DNA of 56,565 nucleotides from a virus (IMGVR_UViG_3300043788_000176:1-56565), one strand, 5' to 3'; positions 23,073 to 34,400 are shown, counted from the first letter of the stretch. Program-made: numbers and translations. The notes: generated from the sequence alone by a model not told the origin.

Positions 23073-23799
23073 GTTACCATCATCTCGGGCTGAAGCGGAA
23101 GCGTCTGGGTCTATGTTCTATTTCAACGGCCGTCTGTGTGTTCATGGTCATCGGAGCAAGCGATATAAATCCGGTCAATGCCACGCGTGCAAGACAGGAG
23201 TGCCGACAGTTGAAACCTGCCATGAGACGGAGGAATGGAAAACAGTCCCCGGATACGAGGGGTATTATGAAGCCTCACGAAGCGGCAAGGTGCGGGCATT
23301 ACCGCGCAAGACGCCATATGGTCCTGGTTTCAGATGCCGCCGCCCACGCCTCGTCCGTGGCAGTGTCAGGCATGGATGCATAATGGTAGGATTATCGCAC
23401 GATAAATATAAGTCAAAGCTTGTTACTCTGCACTCAGTGATAGCGCAAACCTTTATTGGGCCGCGTCCGCTAGGGAAATTGATCTGTCATAACAACGGCA
23501 ATTTTTTAGATAATCGGCCAGAAAATCTTAGGTACGATACTCACAAGGGCAATTCGCAAGATGCGATAAAGCACGGCACAATGCGCGGTGATAAGTGGAA
23601 ACGCACGAAACTCTCCGTGGCTGATGTGATAAAAATTCGCGTTCTTCTCAAAGAGAGAACGCAAGAATCAATTGCGAGGGAATTTGGGGTCAGTAACGGA
23701 GCGATACGCGCCATAATCGAGGGGCGGACATGGAAGTACGTTGCTGACCCGACTATCAAAATGGCAGATGGTCTCTTGTCCTACCTCATGTTCGGCTAG
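23059..23799 (+). CDS. NUMOD4-HNH homing endonuclease
   Basis: EWKTVPGYEGYYEASRSGKVR (NUMOD4), LHSVIAQTFIG..ICHNNGNFLDNRPENL (HNH). Confidence 0.93.
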   Translation: MDEDKLPSSRAEAEASGSMFYFNGRLCVHGHRSKRYKSGQCHACKTGVPTVETCHETEEWKTVPGYEGYYEASRSGKVRALPRKTPYGPGFRCRRPRLVRGSVRHGCIMVGLSHDKYKSKLVTLHSVIAQTFIGPRPLGKLICHNNGNFLDNRPENLRYDTHKGNSQDAIKHGTMRGDKWKRTKLSVADVIKIRVLLKERTQESIAREFGVSNGAIRAIIEGRTWKYVADPTIKMADGLLSYLMFG

Positions 23800-24432
23800 A
23801 TGTCTGGTATTCCTTCTGGCTCGATCCCGGCTGGCGCTCGTGGCGCGACCCCCGGTCTGACGCAGATCGACACCGACCTCCAGCAACTAATCAAGGCGAT
23901 CAACCGGCTGACCGAGACAACCGGTCAAATCCCAACCCTAGTGCTGGTGACCCAGGGGGGTACTGGGGCAACGACAGCGGCGGGCGCGCGCACGAACCTC
24001 GGTATCGGCACGCTTGGCACTGAGAATTCCAACAGCGTCGCGATCACTGGCGGCACGATTGACGGCACGAACATTGGCGAGACCACGCCCGCATTCCTAG
24101 CGGCGACGACATTGATCAACAATGGCGCATCCGCAGACGAGTCGGGAGACTATCACCAGCCGACGAGCGGCTTTACGATCACGGTGCCCAGCGGGTCATC
24201 ATGGCTGATCCTTGATCCGTCAGGAACGCTCGGCTTGGGCACGGTGGTGATGCCAGTGGGACCGATTGACGGACAGAACGTGATCATCTCGACCTCGCAT
24301 GCGATCACTGGGTTCACCGTGTCGCCAAACGGATCGCAGACCCTAAACGGTGCGCCGACAACGATTGTGGCGAACACCTCGATGTGGTGGCGCTATCGCC
24401 TCGCCAATACGACATGGTATCGACTATTATGA
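23800..24432 (+). CDS. Tail needle/fibre-like virion protein
   Basis: Short coiled coil, GGTGATTAAGARTNLG fibre motif, C-terminal beta domain. Confidence 0.75.
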   Translation: MSGIPSGSIPAGARGATPGLTQIDTDLQQLIKAINRLTETTGQIPTLVLVTQGGTGATTAAGARTNLGIGTLGTENSNSVAITGGTIDGTNIGETTPAFLAATTLINNGASADESGDYHQPTSGFTITVPSGSSWLILDPSGTLGLGTVVMPVGPIDGQNVIISTSHAITGFTVSPNGSQTLNGAPTTIVANTSMWWRYRLANTTWYRLL

Positions 24433-24635
24433 TCCGTCAGGAGTACAAAGACGCACTGACTGGAAATGTCGTGGCTGTCAATTACTACCAGCCACCAGAA
24501 GAATTTCGGTCGGCGAGGGCACCGCAAATTTATCATCGTCACGTCTGCCTTCGCTGCGGGCAATCTGAGGTCTATCAGGTCGGACAGGCTGAGTGCTGCC
24601 GTTGCGGCAGTATGTATCTTAGGCTAGACCGCTGA
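24429..24635 (+). CDS. Small zinc-ribbon protein
   Basis: CLRCG and CCRCG; ATGA overlap. Confidence 0.55.
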   Translation: MIRQEYKDALTGNVVAVNYYQPPEEFRSARAPQIYHRHVCLRCGQSEVYQVGQAECCRCGSMYLRLDR

Positions 24636-24636
24636 A

Positions 24637-25887
24637 ATGTTCATTGGTCGCGACTTCCCTGCGTTTGAAGACAACCAAAGTCGGGTATTGGGGTTCGACC
24701 TGACTGCGGTGTTGGCTGAAGGCGAGATCGTCAATTCGGCCACGTCGTCCCTGCTGGTCTGGAAGGGTACCGATGCCGTGCTGGCCAACAATCCGACAGC
24801 GCGATTTATCGGCACGACGCTGGTCAACAACAATGTTGTCACCCAGGGGATTATTCTCAACGATCCGCTGAGCACTCTGGTCGGCAATACCTATGCCTTG
24901 CAGTTGGCGGCTTTGACGAGTCTGGGGCAGACAATCTCCCCTTGGGCTCGGTTTACGGTTACGCAAAGCTTCGGCTCGCCTGCGCTACAGTTGATCTTTC
25001 TGACTAGCGACAGCGGCATGATTCTGACGGGGGATGACGGCACGCCGCTGACTTCTGATGGCGGGTCTGGTGTGCCGCCAACGTCAGCGCAGATCATCGT
25101 GTTGCCGGCAGCGCCACTGAAACTGACAATTCCGGGATTGGGTAGTTTCGCGGGTCAGAATTTCCCGACTGCCGATCCCGGCGAGGTGTGGTTTTACGGG
25201 TTCGATTTCTCGCCAGCGCTGAGCCCCAACGAGCAGATCACCAACGCTGCCGCCAGCCTGACCTGTGTTTACGGACCCGATCCGGTGCTGGCACTAAATC
25301 CGACAGCATATTTTGGCGGCAATGTCACGTTGACCAGCGACAGTGGAGAACCGCTGACGGGGGATGATGGTGGTCCGCTGACAGGTGCTGGCCCTATCGG
25401 GCCAGCGACCTCCGGTTCGGTCGTGCAGCAGATTGTGATGTGGCCGTCAGGACTGAATACGGTAGCTGGGAACACTTATATTTTAGGCATCGCCATCGCG
25501 ACGAATTACAGCCAAGCGATCTCACTATGGGCGCGGATCACGGTTGGAGTTGGGTTTGAAACGGCTGGCCCGCTGCCGCCACCATCAGCCCCGCTGCCAG
25601 TACCAGATCCCCCACCGGACCCGCCAGCGCCAACGGGCGGCATCCAACTTGCCGAGATCGGAGGCCAAAATCCATACACATTGGCCAATGGCACGGCGGT
25701 CAATCAAACCGTCCTGATCATTGACAACCTCGGCGTGGCGAGTCAGACGAATCCGATAACGGTCAATGGTGCTTTCAATATCGGTGGTGACTCTGTCGCC
25801 AGCATCATTATGATGCAGACTGGTCAGGGTATTCTGGCGGTGTGGAACGGATCGCAATGGGATGTGCCAAGCTTCTTGCTTGCGTGA
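24637..25887 (+). CDS. Virion protein with two tandem Ig-like fibre-associated domains and a Pro-rich linker
   Basis: Duplicated F.G.(D/N)FP..D....(L/Y)GFD(L/F)...L...E.I.(N/S)A module; LTSDSG-LTGDDG-LT motifs. Confidence 0.75.
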   Translation: MFIGRDFPAFEDNQSRVLGFDLTAVLAEGEIVNSATSSLLVWKGTDAVLANNPTARFIGTTLVNNNVVTQGIILNDPLSTLVGNTYALQLAALTSLGQTISPWARFTVTQSFGSPALQLIFLTSDSGMILTGDDGTPLTSDGGSGVPPTSAQIIVLPAAPLKLTIPGLGSFAGQNFPTADPGEVWFYGFDFSPALSPNEQITNAAASLTCVYGPDPVLALNPTAYFGGNVTLTSDSGEPLTGDDGGPLTGAGPIGPATSGSVVQQIVMWPSGLNTVAGNTYILGIAIATNYSQAISLWARITVGVGFETAGPLPPPSAPLPVPDPPPDPPAPTGGIQLAEIGGQNPYTLANGTAVNQTVLIIDNLGVASQTNPITVNGAFNIGGDSVASIIMMQTGQGILAVWNGSQWDVPSFLLA

Positions 25888-26198
25888 TGTTAGCGGCAAC
25901 AACCATTGTGGTGTCTGCGAACGCTTCGGAGATATGTAACGCAAAGGACAGTCCGAGCACATGCGCCATGCTCGACGCGTTTGCCACGACCTCGAAAGAA
26001 CTTTTCAATACCGAAGGGGCACGGCGCGCATTGGTGGCTGAGATGGACGCAAAGAATGCCTATTGGCAGAAGTACACATCTGGCGTTTCCGAGGTGCCTG
26101 GATTGCTCGCGCACGTTGTGCGGGCTTGTGCTTGGAAAGGCGTCCAAAACAAGCCCACCGCTGAACTATGCTCTTGGTGGAGAGGACTGAGGCCATGA
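25887..26198 (+). CDS. Hypothetical, possibly exported protein (start uncertain)
   Basis: Coupled ORF with hydrophobic N-terminus ending ANA|S. Confidence 0.55.
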   Translation: MLAATTIVVSANASEICNAKDSPSTCAMLDAFATTSKELFNTEGARRALVAEMDAKNAYWQKYTSGVSEVPGLLAHVVRACAWKGVQNKPTAELCSWWRGLRP

Positions 26199-26989
26199 CT
26201 GGCAGAGTTAAGATTGCGGTTGCCGTTGCCGCTGGGCTGTTGTTTTCGTTGCCTGCGGCGCGCGCGGCAAGCGTTATGACGCCAGGTCAGTTCCTGATCG
26301 TGCCTAACGGTGGCTCTGGTGCTGGCACGTTCACCGCACACGACGTTCTGGTTGGCGAGGGCACGAGTGCGTTTGCTGCAATTTCCCCTGGCGCCACGAG
26401 CGGCGTGCCTCTTATCTCGCAAGGTACCGGGACTGATCCGGTCTTCGGCACGGTTGTAGTGGCGGGCGGCGGCACCGGTCTCGCGACCCTGACCGCACAC
26501 GCGCTGATAATCGGTGAGGGTACCAGCAACGTTGCGTTCGCAGCGGCGGCAGCCGACAGCATCCCGCTGTGGCAATCGTCGGGGGTTGATCCAACCGTCA
26601 CTGCCATCAACAACTGCGCCACGGCGCTGACCTACGCGACATCGACCCACACCTTTGGGTGCAATGCCGCAGCTGGCATCATCCCGACCGAAGCCACCGC
26701 AACTGGCGCTTCGCCGATCACCATCACGGCAACCAATCTCTTGACCACGGTGGTCTCGATGGCGACACCTGCGGCATCGACGATCAATCTGCCGACAGCA
26801 GTACAGACGGCTGGCTGGCGGGAATGCGTCAAAGATGGCACGACTAACTTCGCCACCAACAACGCGACTATAAAGAGCCCCACCTCTGGAACGATTGACG
26901 GAATAGCAGGGTCAACCGGCGTCGTTCTGAACCAGAAAGGGCAGGAGCTTTGCGTAATGTCCGACGCCACCAATTGGTGGACTGAATAA
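26195..26989 (+). CDS. Tail-fibre-like protein with signal peptide
   Basis: MTGRVKIAVAVAAGLLFSLPAARA|A; GGTG/LIGEGTS fibre repeats. Confidence 0.8.
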   Translation: MTGRVKIAVAVAAGLLFSLPAARAASVMTPGQFLIVPNGGSGAGTFTAHDVLVGEGTSAFAAISPGATSGVPLISQGTGTDPVFGTVVVAGGGTGLATLTAHALIIGEGTSNVAFAAAAADSIPLWQSSGVDPTVTAINNCATALTYATSTHTFGCNAAAGIIPTEATATGASPITITATNLLTTVVSMATPAASTINLPTAVQTAGWRECVKDGTTNFATNNATIKSPTSGTIDGIAGSTGVVLNQKGQELCVMSDATNWWTE

Positions 26990-27044
26990 TTTATACAGCT
27001 ATTTCAATATGTTAGATACGCAAGCCGCCTGAACGAGCAGCAAT

Positions 27045-28493
27045 GTGCCTGTGTGCCGGACTATCCTGGCATGGCTATGTCTATTAGTCGGCGTCATTCT
27101 GTGTCCGACCGATGCGTTTGCGGCGAACATTATGACGCCCGGTCAGGCACTCATCGTACCCAACGGCGGCATTGGCAACACGACGGTGGCCCCCACTGCG
27201 CTGAGCAATGCGTCCACGGTCACAGTTCCGACCCTCACGGGCATCGGTAATAACTTCACGCTGTCAACGACAACCGCGGTCGGCGCTGTCACGATAGCCA
27301 ACCCGACGAGTTTCACCGTTGGGCAGGTGGTGAATTTTGTATTGCTGCAGGACGCGACCGGTGGGGAGGCCATCACTTTCGGATCTGACTATAATTTCAC
27401 GGCAGGCACGCCGTACTTCAATACGGCGGCAAACGCCAAGAACGTCGTTTCGTGCATAGCCGACACGTCATCGACCCTTCAGTGCTCCGCGACCTACATA
27501 AACGCTCTGAGCGTCGGCATCACGCCGATGCCGGGTGGCCGGATAAGCGACAACACCTCGTCGTGCGCGCACCAGACCGATTCGACCACGATCACGACGC
27601 TCTACTACCTGCCGTGCGTCGGCAACGCGCTGCCGATCTCGCCGAACGACGCGACGTTTTTGACTTATGCGATCCCATCGACATCTACCAGCCTGAGCAC
27701 GGCCAACTCGACGAACTTCCCGGCGAACGGCCTCTTCGATTTCTATGCGTTCATTCATTCTGGCGCGGTCACATATTGCGCGGTCAAATGGGGGACGAGC
27801 ACTGCTGGCGCGTCGTCGAGGGGTGGGTCGGCTGGGATCACGACCCTGCTCGGGCTGACCGTCAACAGCGGTGCGTGGACTTGCCTCAATGGTGCTACCT
27901 CGTACACTCTGACGACGGGCGAGGCGACGCTGCTTGGATCGTTTGTGATCTCGCCCACGGCCCAAGATGTCGCGGTGCAGTTCGTGCCTACGGCTGCAGC
28001 CGGTGGCCCGACGAACGGCTGCTACATTGGCTACGCGAATATCTACAATAGCCAGCCGGCCACCTGCCTTGCGCATGACAACACGTCGTCATGGACCTAC
28101 GGGACGGCCACATGGCAGGCATTAGATGCGGGAGCCACGGGGAGTGGGCTTTATAATCGGGTCTATTGGGTCGATCCTCTTGGCGCCAACAATATTCAGG
28201 CGGCGCTGACTATAGCGATGAAAAACACGACTGCGATTGACTTAGGTGCCGTAGGTATTGGTGTAAATGCGACGAGTACCCTGTCTGGGAATTACGCCGT
28301 AACTGGCGCGGTTAGCACCGCGCAGATGGGCACGGCCATTTATGAAGGTGGTGCGCCGCAAACCGGCGGCGGTCTCAACTACGTGCAGGCGATGCAGTAT
28401 GCAAATGCAACCGCTACCGTGACTTACTATGGTACGGGTGCTGGCGGTCCGACCGGGCAAACGGAGCAGCTCTCTCTGAGGGTGGCTTACTGA
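27045..28493 (+). CDS. Tail-fibre-like protein with signal peptide
   Basis: ...LAWLCLLVGVILCPTDAFA|A; N-terminus (IMTPGQALIVPNGG) paralogous to the 26195 gene; QDATGG fibre domain. Confidence 0.8.
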   Translation: MPVCRTILAWLCLLVGVILCPTDAFAANIMTPGQALIVPNGGIGNTTVAPTALSNASTVTVPTLTGIGNNFTLSTTTAVGAVTIANPTSFTVGQVVNFVLLQDATGGEAITFGSDYNFTAGTPYFNTAANAKNVVSCIADTSSTLQCSATYINALSVGITPMPGGRISDNTSSCAHQTDSTTITTLYYLPCVGNALPISPNDATFLTYAIPSTSTSLSTANSTNFPANGLFDFYAFIHSGAVTYCAVKWGTSTAGASSRGGSAGITTLLGLTVNSGAWTCLNGATSYTLTTGEATLLGSFVISPTAQDVAVQFVPTAAAGGPTNGCYIGYANIYNSQPATCLAHDNTSSWTYGTATWQALDAGATGSGLYNRVYWVDPLGANNIQAALTIAMKNTTAIDLGAVGIGVNATSTLSGNYAVTGAVSTAQMGTAIYEGGAPQTGGGLNYVQAMQYANATATVTYYGTGAGGPTGQTEQLSLRVAY

Positions 28494-28554
28494 CGAGTCT
28501 GGCTTTGCGGCACAGTCGCTGTTACACCTTGCCATCTGATATCTGAGGTCGGAG

Positions 28555-28830
28555 ATGCCAAACGAATCGGGGCTGACCATCTGCTGCGGTAGCTGCCCTT
28601 TCTACGTGGCGACCAGCGAGGTAATGGGGCTTTGCCACGAAGGCCCTGGGCAGGTTGTTGCTATGACGACACCGCAGGACGCTTTGGGGCGTTCTACATT
28701 CAGCACGCATACGGTTCTGCCGCCAAAGAAATTCACCGATTGGTGCGGTCGCCACCCGCTGTTCTCGTTACAGCACAATGTGCTGCCGTTGGATCGGCGA
28801 TTGGTGGCTGATGCGGAAGGCACCAGTTGA
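28555..28830 (+). CDS. Cys-rich hypothetical protein
   Basis: CCGSCPFY..CHEGP..WCGRH; GGAG RBS. Confidence 0.7.
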   Translation: MPNESGLTICCGSCPFYVATSEVMGLCHEGPGQVVAMTTPQDALGRSTFSTHTVLPPKKFTDWCGRHPLFSLQHNVLPLDRRLVADAEGTS

Positions 28831-29024
28831 TGGCTGGGCGCGCGCAGTTCCATTTGTTTCGCCGTTACGGTCTTGACCCAGTCAAGCTGCGCGAGGCGGT
28901 GCAAAGCGACCCCGCAGTGCGCGAGGAGGCCGAGGCTGAGTTGGCGGCGGTCGAGGGGATTGACCAAAATCGAAGCTCCGTCGCACATATGTATCGCGAG
29001 ATTTTGAGGGAGGCATTGGCTTAA
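28827..29024 (+). CDS. Small hypothetical protein
   Basis: Coupled ORF. Confidence 0.6.
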   Translation: MMAGRAQFHLFRRYGLDPVKLREAVQSDPAVREEAEAELAAVEGIDQNRSSVAHMYREILREALA

Positions 29025-29025
29025 A

Positions 29026-30021
29026 GTGCCGATGAGATCGCAATCTCAGCGAGGACTTTTTTATGCGACAGCGGAGGGCGCACATACTGGCGTGCCACTC
29101 TCTGTCGCCAAGGAATTCATCGCTTCTGACCGTCCCGGAAAGTTGCCACAGCATGTGCGTCCCAAACGGGCTGATGGCGGGATGGCAAACGACAACGATC
29201 CCGTCAGCAATGCGCTCGCTCTGCTGAGGCAATTGCCGGCGTCATCAACTGGCGACCTCGCTAAACAGACCGGAGCCGCAGGTCGTCCGTCACCACAGCG
29301 ACCGCCACTCGATCCAAGCGATCCTGTTCAGGCCGCGCTGCTGATGACGCGCCAGCACTTTGCGTTCGGCGGCGTGACACCAGAGATCCCTTCCTTCGAG
29401 AAGGCGGAGATGCGCGACATCTCCAATCCCTACGGGTTCTCGGCCGGCATAGGGGGTGGCAGGACCGACAAGAACCCAATTGACGTGGGTGCCGGTTCAT
29501 ACGTCCTGCCCGCTGACGTTGTGGCTGGTCTTGGTGAGGGCAATAGTCTTGCTGGTCCCAGAATCTGGGACAGCATCCTGCATTCTGGTGGCCCACACGG
29601 CATCGAGGCGCCACAGACTCATCCGCGCACTGGTCAAGGGATACCTCGGCCCCCGAGTGATCCAGAATTGGCCAAGGGAATGTTTGAGGGAGCGGAATCA
29701 GCGCCAATTTCACCGACTCTTGCCAAGGGTGGGCAGGCTGAAGAGAAGGGCGATGGCGAGGGCAAGGTGCCAATTCTCGCTGCTGATGGCGAACTCATTG
29801 TGAGCCCCGACGATGTGGCGCGCATTGGTGAGCGTTATTTCCCACGGCATCGCACCCCAACGCGTCGTGCTCTGATCACACACGGACATCGAATTTTGGA
29901 CGAATTTTGTCGAGAAATCCGGGGGCGTACCATCAAGAAATTGAAAGAACTTCCGGGTCCGGCAGGTTCGAGAAATCCGAAGGAGGGCCACACCCTCGCC
30001 GCGACAAAAGACGCCGCCTGA
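29026..30021 (+). CDS. Internal virion/pilot-associated protein
   Basis: RADGG/FAFGG/LAKGG motifs; GSYVLPADVVAGLGEGN and LAADGELIVSPDDV domain. Confidence 0.7.
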   Translation: MPMRSQSQRGLFYATAEGAHTGVPLSVAKEFIASDRPGKLPQHVRPKRADGGMANDNDPVSNALALLRQLPASSTGDLAKQTGAAGRPSPQRPPLDPSDPVQAALLMTRQHFAFGGVTPEIPSFEKAEMRDISNPYGFSAGIGGGRTDKNPIDVGAGSYVLPADVVAGLGEGNSLAGPRIWDSILHSGGPHGIEAPQTHPRTGQGIPRPPSDPELAKGMFEGAESAPISPTLAKGGQAEEKGDGEGKVPILAADGELIVSPDDVARIGERYFPRHRTPTRRALITHGHRILDEFCREIRGRTIKKLKELPGPAGSRNPKEGHTLAATKDAA

Positions 30022-30569
30022 TGAGTGTGATGCTTGGTCTGCCTCCGCCAGTTCGCATTCCTCGTCAGCGTCCCGCGCAACGACCGCCGCGCCCATTCTC
30101 GGATGTCAAGATGGCGACGGCGGAGGACGCTGACGATCTGATTTGGTTCCTGCGCTCGGTCGCTGATGAGATTGACGGGGGTGCCGCCGAGGACGATTTG
30201 ATGACGGCGATGGCCACGCAGTTGGCCTGCCGCGACGGTGGGATGGCGTTGATCGTGCGCGGATCGCGCGGCATTGAGGCGAGCATGGGGATCGTGTTTC
30301 TCCGACCGCTATTGTCGCGAAATTACTTTCTGCACACGGTCTGGCGGGTTGTGGCCCCAGAGGCGCGGATGACGGGGCACGCCAAATCGCTACTGGTCGA
30401 GGCCCGCAAATACGCCGACGGGATCGGGCGGCGGCTGCAAAACATCGAGTACGCTGCTGCGATTGACGCGCCTACCGTGCGGCTCTGCGCACGGCATTTG
30501 AAGATCAGCGGCGCTGTTTTTTCCTATGTGCCGGGACAAGAACCGGATGGTCCACATGGACCAGTTTAG
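30021..30569 (+). CDS. GNAT-like acyltransferase fold protein
   Basis: MATAEDADDL..WRVVAPEARMTGHAKSLL (RxxGxA acetyl-CoA motif). Confidence 0.6.
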   Translation: MSVMLGLPPPVRIPRQRPAQRPPRPFSDVKMATAEDADDLIWFLRSVADEIDGGAAEDDLMTAMATQLACRDGGMALIVRGSRGIEASMGIVFLRPLLSRNYFLHTVWRVVAPEARMTGHAKSLLVEARKYADGIGRRLQNIEYAAAIDAPTVRLCARHLKISGAVFSYVPGQEPDGPHGPV

Positions 30570-30877
30570 TAAGGCAGCAAAGATATTCGCCAGAACGGGA
30601 CCTGCCTCGCTGCCCCTATCGCCACCCCGCCGCCACCGCAAGCCGAGGCGTCCCTCTCCTTTGATTCGGGTTGCCGAATCGCAGAATTGGCGCTGCGCGA
30701 TGGCAGCGCATTTGCAACGGTGCTTGGTTGAACTAGAGAGCTGCGACTTGCACGCATTTCTATTTTATCCTTACACTTACGATGACATCGTCGTGTGTTG
30801 CCCTGCTTGCGCCGCCATGAACCCGCGTGGCCTGAAGCGCGTTGTCAGACGCGGCAATTCATTATTCTATTGCGGCG

Positions 30878-31351
30878 ATGACGGTTACGGTCGTCAGATT
30901 AGCTGAGCCAGCGGACGAGGAGCCGCTCTTTGCGTTGTTGACGGCGCTCGCGGCGGATAACAACTCTTTTGGGGATGAACTCGACGAACGCCGCATCCGT
31001 GAGCACATCCAGCTTGGCACTGAGCGACGCGGCGGATTGCATGGAGTGATTGATGGCGATGGCGAATTGGCGGCCAGTATCGGGATCATCTGGGATCGTT
31101 GGTGGTACGCCAAGCAGTACATGCTATCGCAGATTTGGTTGTTTGTGAGACCGGCGTATCGGCACTTTCCCTACGAGCGAGAGTTGATCGAATGGGCTAA
31201 GCAGAAGCGGCGGCAGATCGAGGCGGGGGCAGGACAAAAGGTGCCGTTAGCTCACACAGTGATCTCGCAGACGCGGCTCCCTACCAAGCTCAGACTGTGG
31301 CGCAGGCGGTCAGGCAGTGAGATGATCGGCGGGGTATTCCTGATTCGCTAA
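30878..31351 (+). CDS. GNAT-like acyltransferase fold protein
   Basis: VVRLAEPADEEPL..WLFVRPAYRH; paralogous to the 30021 gene. Confidence 0.65.
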   Translation: MTVTVVRLAEPADEEPLFALLTALAADNNSFGDELDERRIREHIQLGTERRGGLHGVIDGDGELAASIGIIWDRWWYAKQYMLSQIWLFVRPAYRHFPYERELIEWAKQKRRQIEAGAGQKVPLAHTVISQTRLPTKLRLWRRRSGSEMIGGVFLIR

Positions 31352-31443
31352 GAATTATGGTACTGTGCTGCGTTCCCCGTGTCTGGGAGCCTTGACCCAA
31401 GTCTGAGCGCCGCCCCGTTCAGCCGGGCTCCGGCAGCGCGGCG

Positions 31444-34400
31444 ATGGGAAAATCTTCGGGCGGCACAAATACCGTAGAAACACAAAGTGCACCTCCAGCT
31501 CAGTTCCTCAATGCCTATTCGGGGGCGGTGAGCAATGCCCAGAATCTGGCGGCGCAGCCCTATCAGCAATATTCTGGCTCTCTGCTAGCCCCGCTCAACA
31601 ATGAGCAATTGAACGCCGCTTATAACGCGCCGAGCCTTTCCAGCAACGCAACGCCGTATCTCAACGAGGCGCAGCAGTATTTTCAAAATGCGGCGACGCC
31701 GATTACCGCAACGCCGTTTTCAACATCACAAGTCAACCAATATCTGTCGCCGTACACCCAGGACGTTACGTCGTCGCTGCAAAATTTGTTCAATCAGCAG
31801 AATGCGACGCAGTTGAGCCAAGTGCAGGGTAATGCTGCGGCACAAGGTGCCTTTGGCGGTGACCGTGAGGCGGTGGCGGCGGCACAGACGGCAGGGCAGC
31901 AGCAGGCTCAAGAAGCGCCAGTTCTCGCGCAAAACCTACAGACTGGTTACAACACGGCGCTTGGCGAATTCAATGCACAACAGCAGGCCAACCTGCAAGC
32001 GCAGCAAGCCACTGGCTGGCTACAGCAAGGTGCCGGGTATGGTGTCGGCAATCTTGGCCAAGAAAATTACAACATTGGCCAGGGAACGCTTGGCACCGAG
32101 GCGAGTCTCGGTGGTCTCCTCCAGCAACAAGCGCAGGAGGGGCTCAATATCCCCTACGAGCAGTTCATCGCTCAGCAATCTTACCCGTACCAAGAGGCAG
32201 GATGGGAGGCCAACATCGCCGAGGGGCTGGGCGGGGCATCGGGGGGCACGTCGTCAACGCAATATCCGGGGCCAAGCGCACTGTCACAGGTTGCTGGGTT
32301 GGGGTTGACGGGAACCGGCATCCTGGGCGCGACGGGAGCGTTTGGGTCGGGCGGCTATCTTACTGGCGCTGGCGGGCTGGCCGACGAATTGCTCGGCAAT
32401 GCTGGTAGCTTTGCGCCCGCCGCTGGCGCGGCGAGTGATGCTGCGCTCGCGCTCGGTCCAGAACTTGCCACTGCCACCGACTTCTCAGGGGGGCTCGCGG
32501 GCGCTGGGGCGGCGATTCTGGGTGCCCAGAGCGGCGGTCGTATCCCGCGCCAAGACGGAGGTGGCAGCAATTCATCCGCCGCTCCGACGCCCACATCGAA
32601 CGCATTGCAGAGTTTGCTGGTCAATCAGTTGCTCTACGGGGGCGGCTCGGGCAGCGATTACGCGGCGGGGGGCAGGATCAGACGGCAAGCGGGTGGCCCG
32701 CTGAGCACGCCGTATTCGGGTCTGACGATCCCTGGCATGCCCACATTGCAATCGGCGATGGGGCAGGCGAACGCGCCGCAAGGACCGCAGCCGTCGCAGC
32801 CGCCAAATCTGTCGAGCGGCTATGTTCCAACACCGCCGCCATCGGCGGGGGGACGCGGGATACCGACTGGGGCTGGCGCTGGAATGCAACAGCAACAGCA
32901 GCAGCCGGTCATGCAGGCATTGCAGACCCTCCAAGCGCTGAAGGGGCTGAAAGGGCTGTTCCCTGGCGATTCCTCCGACACGCCTGCGGCTTCGGCAGGC
33001 GGTGCCGTGACGCTGGGCACGCCATACCAAGGTTTTGATGACGGCGGTGCTGCCATACAGCAGGCGGGGCAATCCGGGACTGGCGGGGGCACCCCGTTAT
33101 CGCAAGGGTTGCTACAGCAATATCTACAGCTGCCGCTGGAGCAATTGCAGGAACTGGCGCAACGCGCCCCGCCGACAACCCCGCAGGGTCAGTCGATCCA
33201 GCGCGCCCTACAGTTGAAGCACATGAACCCTGGATCGGGGATCGGGGGGGCTGGTGCACCGCAGCCGCCGGCATCCCCGCAGGGTCTCGCGGCGACACCG
33301 GCACCAACTGGCCCCGCGACTTCGGGGCTTTCCCCAGTGCTGGCGGCGAATTGGAAAGGCGGTCGCATCGGACGCCAAGAAGGCGGTGATATCCCAGGGC
33401 TTTCGGTTGCGGCTGATTCGGCATTTGCGCAGCCGCAGTCGCCAGACGTGGACATTCCTGGTGTCTCGATCGCGACGGCACCAAACGCGCAAGTCCTGAC
33501 CCAGAAAGGTGACGAGGCTCCGCAGAAGGCTGCGTCACAGATGGTTCCCGGCGGGGCTGGGCTTACTGCGCCGCCAAAAGCTAATGCAACATCTGATCTG
33601 CCAACGCCCTCCTTGGCTAACCCACCCCGGCCTGAAAGCTCGACGGCAGCAACAACGCTCGACAACAATGCGCCGCCCAGCCTTGGTGGGCGCGGGTCTT
33701 TACCGGACGCGAAGAGCATCGGCGTCAACCCGCTGGTCTACAACTATCTCGTGAACCACGTTGCGCCAGGCGAATCGCGTGGCAATCCCAATGCGCTTTA
33801 CGGCAGCGGCACTTTCTCAGATATGTCGCAGCATCCGGCTGATGCTGGCTGGAAAGGTGGCACTGGCCCTGGTGGGCAACCCACTCACGCAGCAGGGCTT
33901 TTGCAGGACGAGCCAGACACTTGGCATCGCATCCAACTGGCGACTGGGGTTTCTGACTTCTCGCCCGCATCGCAGATCAAGGGCAATGCGTGGCTGGCGC
34001 AGCAGACGTATCACGACCGCACTGGACGCGATCTCGCGACCGATCTCGCGGCGGGGAAAACCGCACAGGTTGACCAAGCGCTATCAGGCCAGTGGCCGTC
34101 ACTGGCATCAAAACAGGGCGGCAAACCCTCGTTGGCGAACGGTCCGCAGCTTGGCACTGGAGCTGGCGCTGGCCCGGCGCTGACCGCGCCATTCTCGCAA
34201 GACAATAGTGGAGGTGGGGGCGGCGGGCTGGACCTGAGCCAGCTATCCAGACTGACGGGAACTCAGCGCACGGCAACAGGCGACTTCTACTCAAGCCCGT
34301 GGATGCCGCTGATTGCAGCGGGGGCTGGGATGCTGGCGTCGCGGTCGCCATACCCAGGGGTGGCGCTTGGTGAAGGGCTGGAAACTGGGCTCAAGACGCT

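Noticed and set aside
30526-30906. 126-aa ORF between the GNAT-like genes
   Set aside because: It overlaps both neighbours and has no motif. It may be real with a later start, but support is too weak to list.
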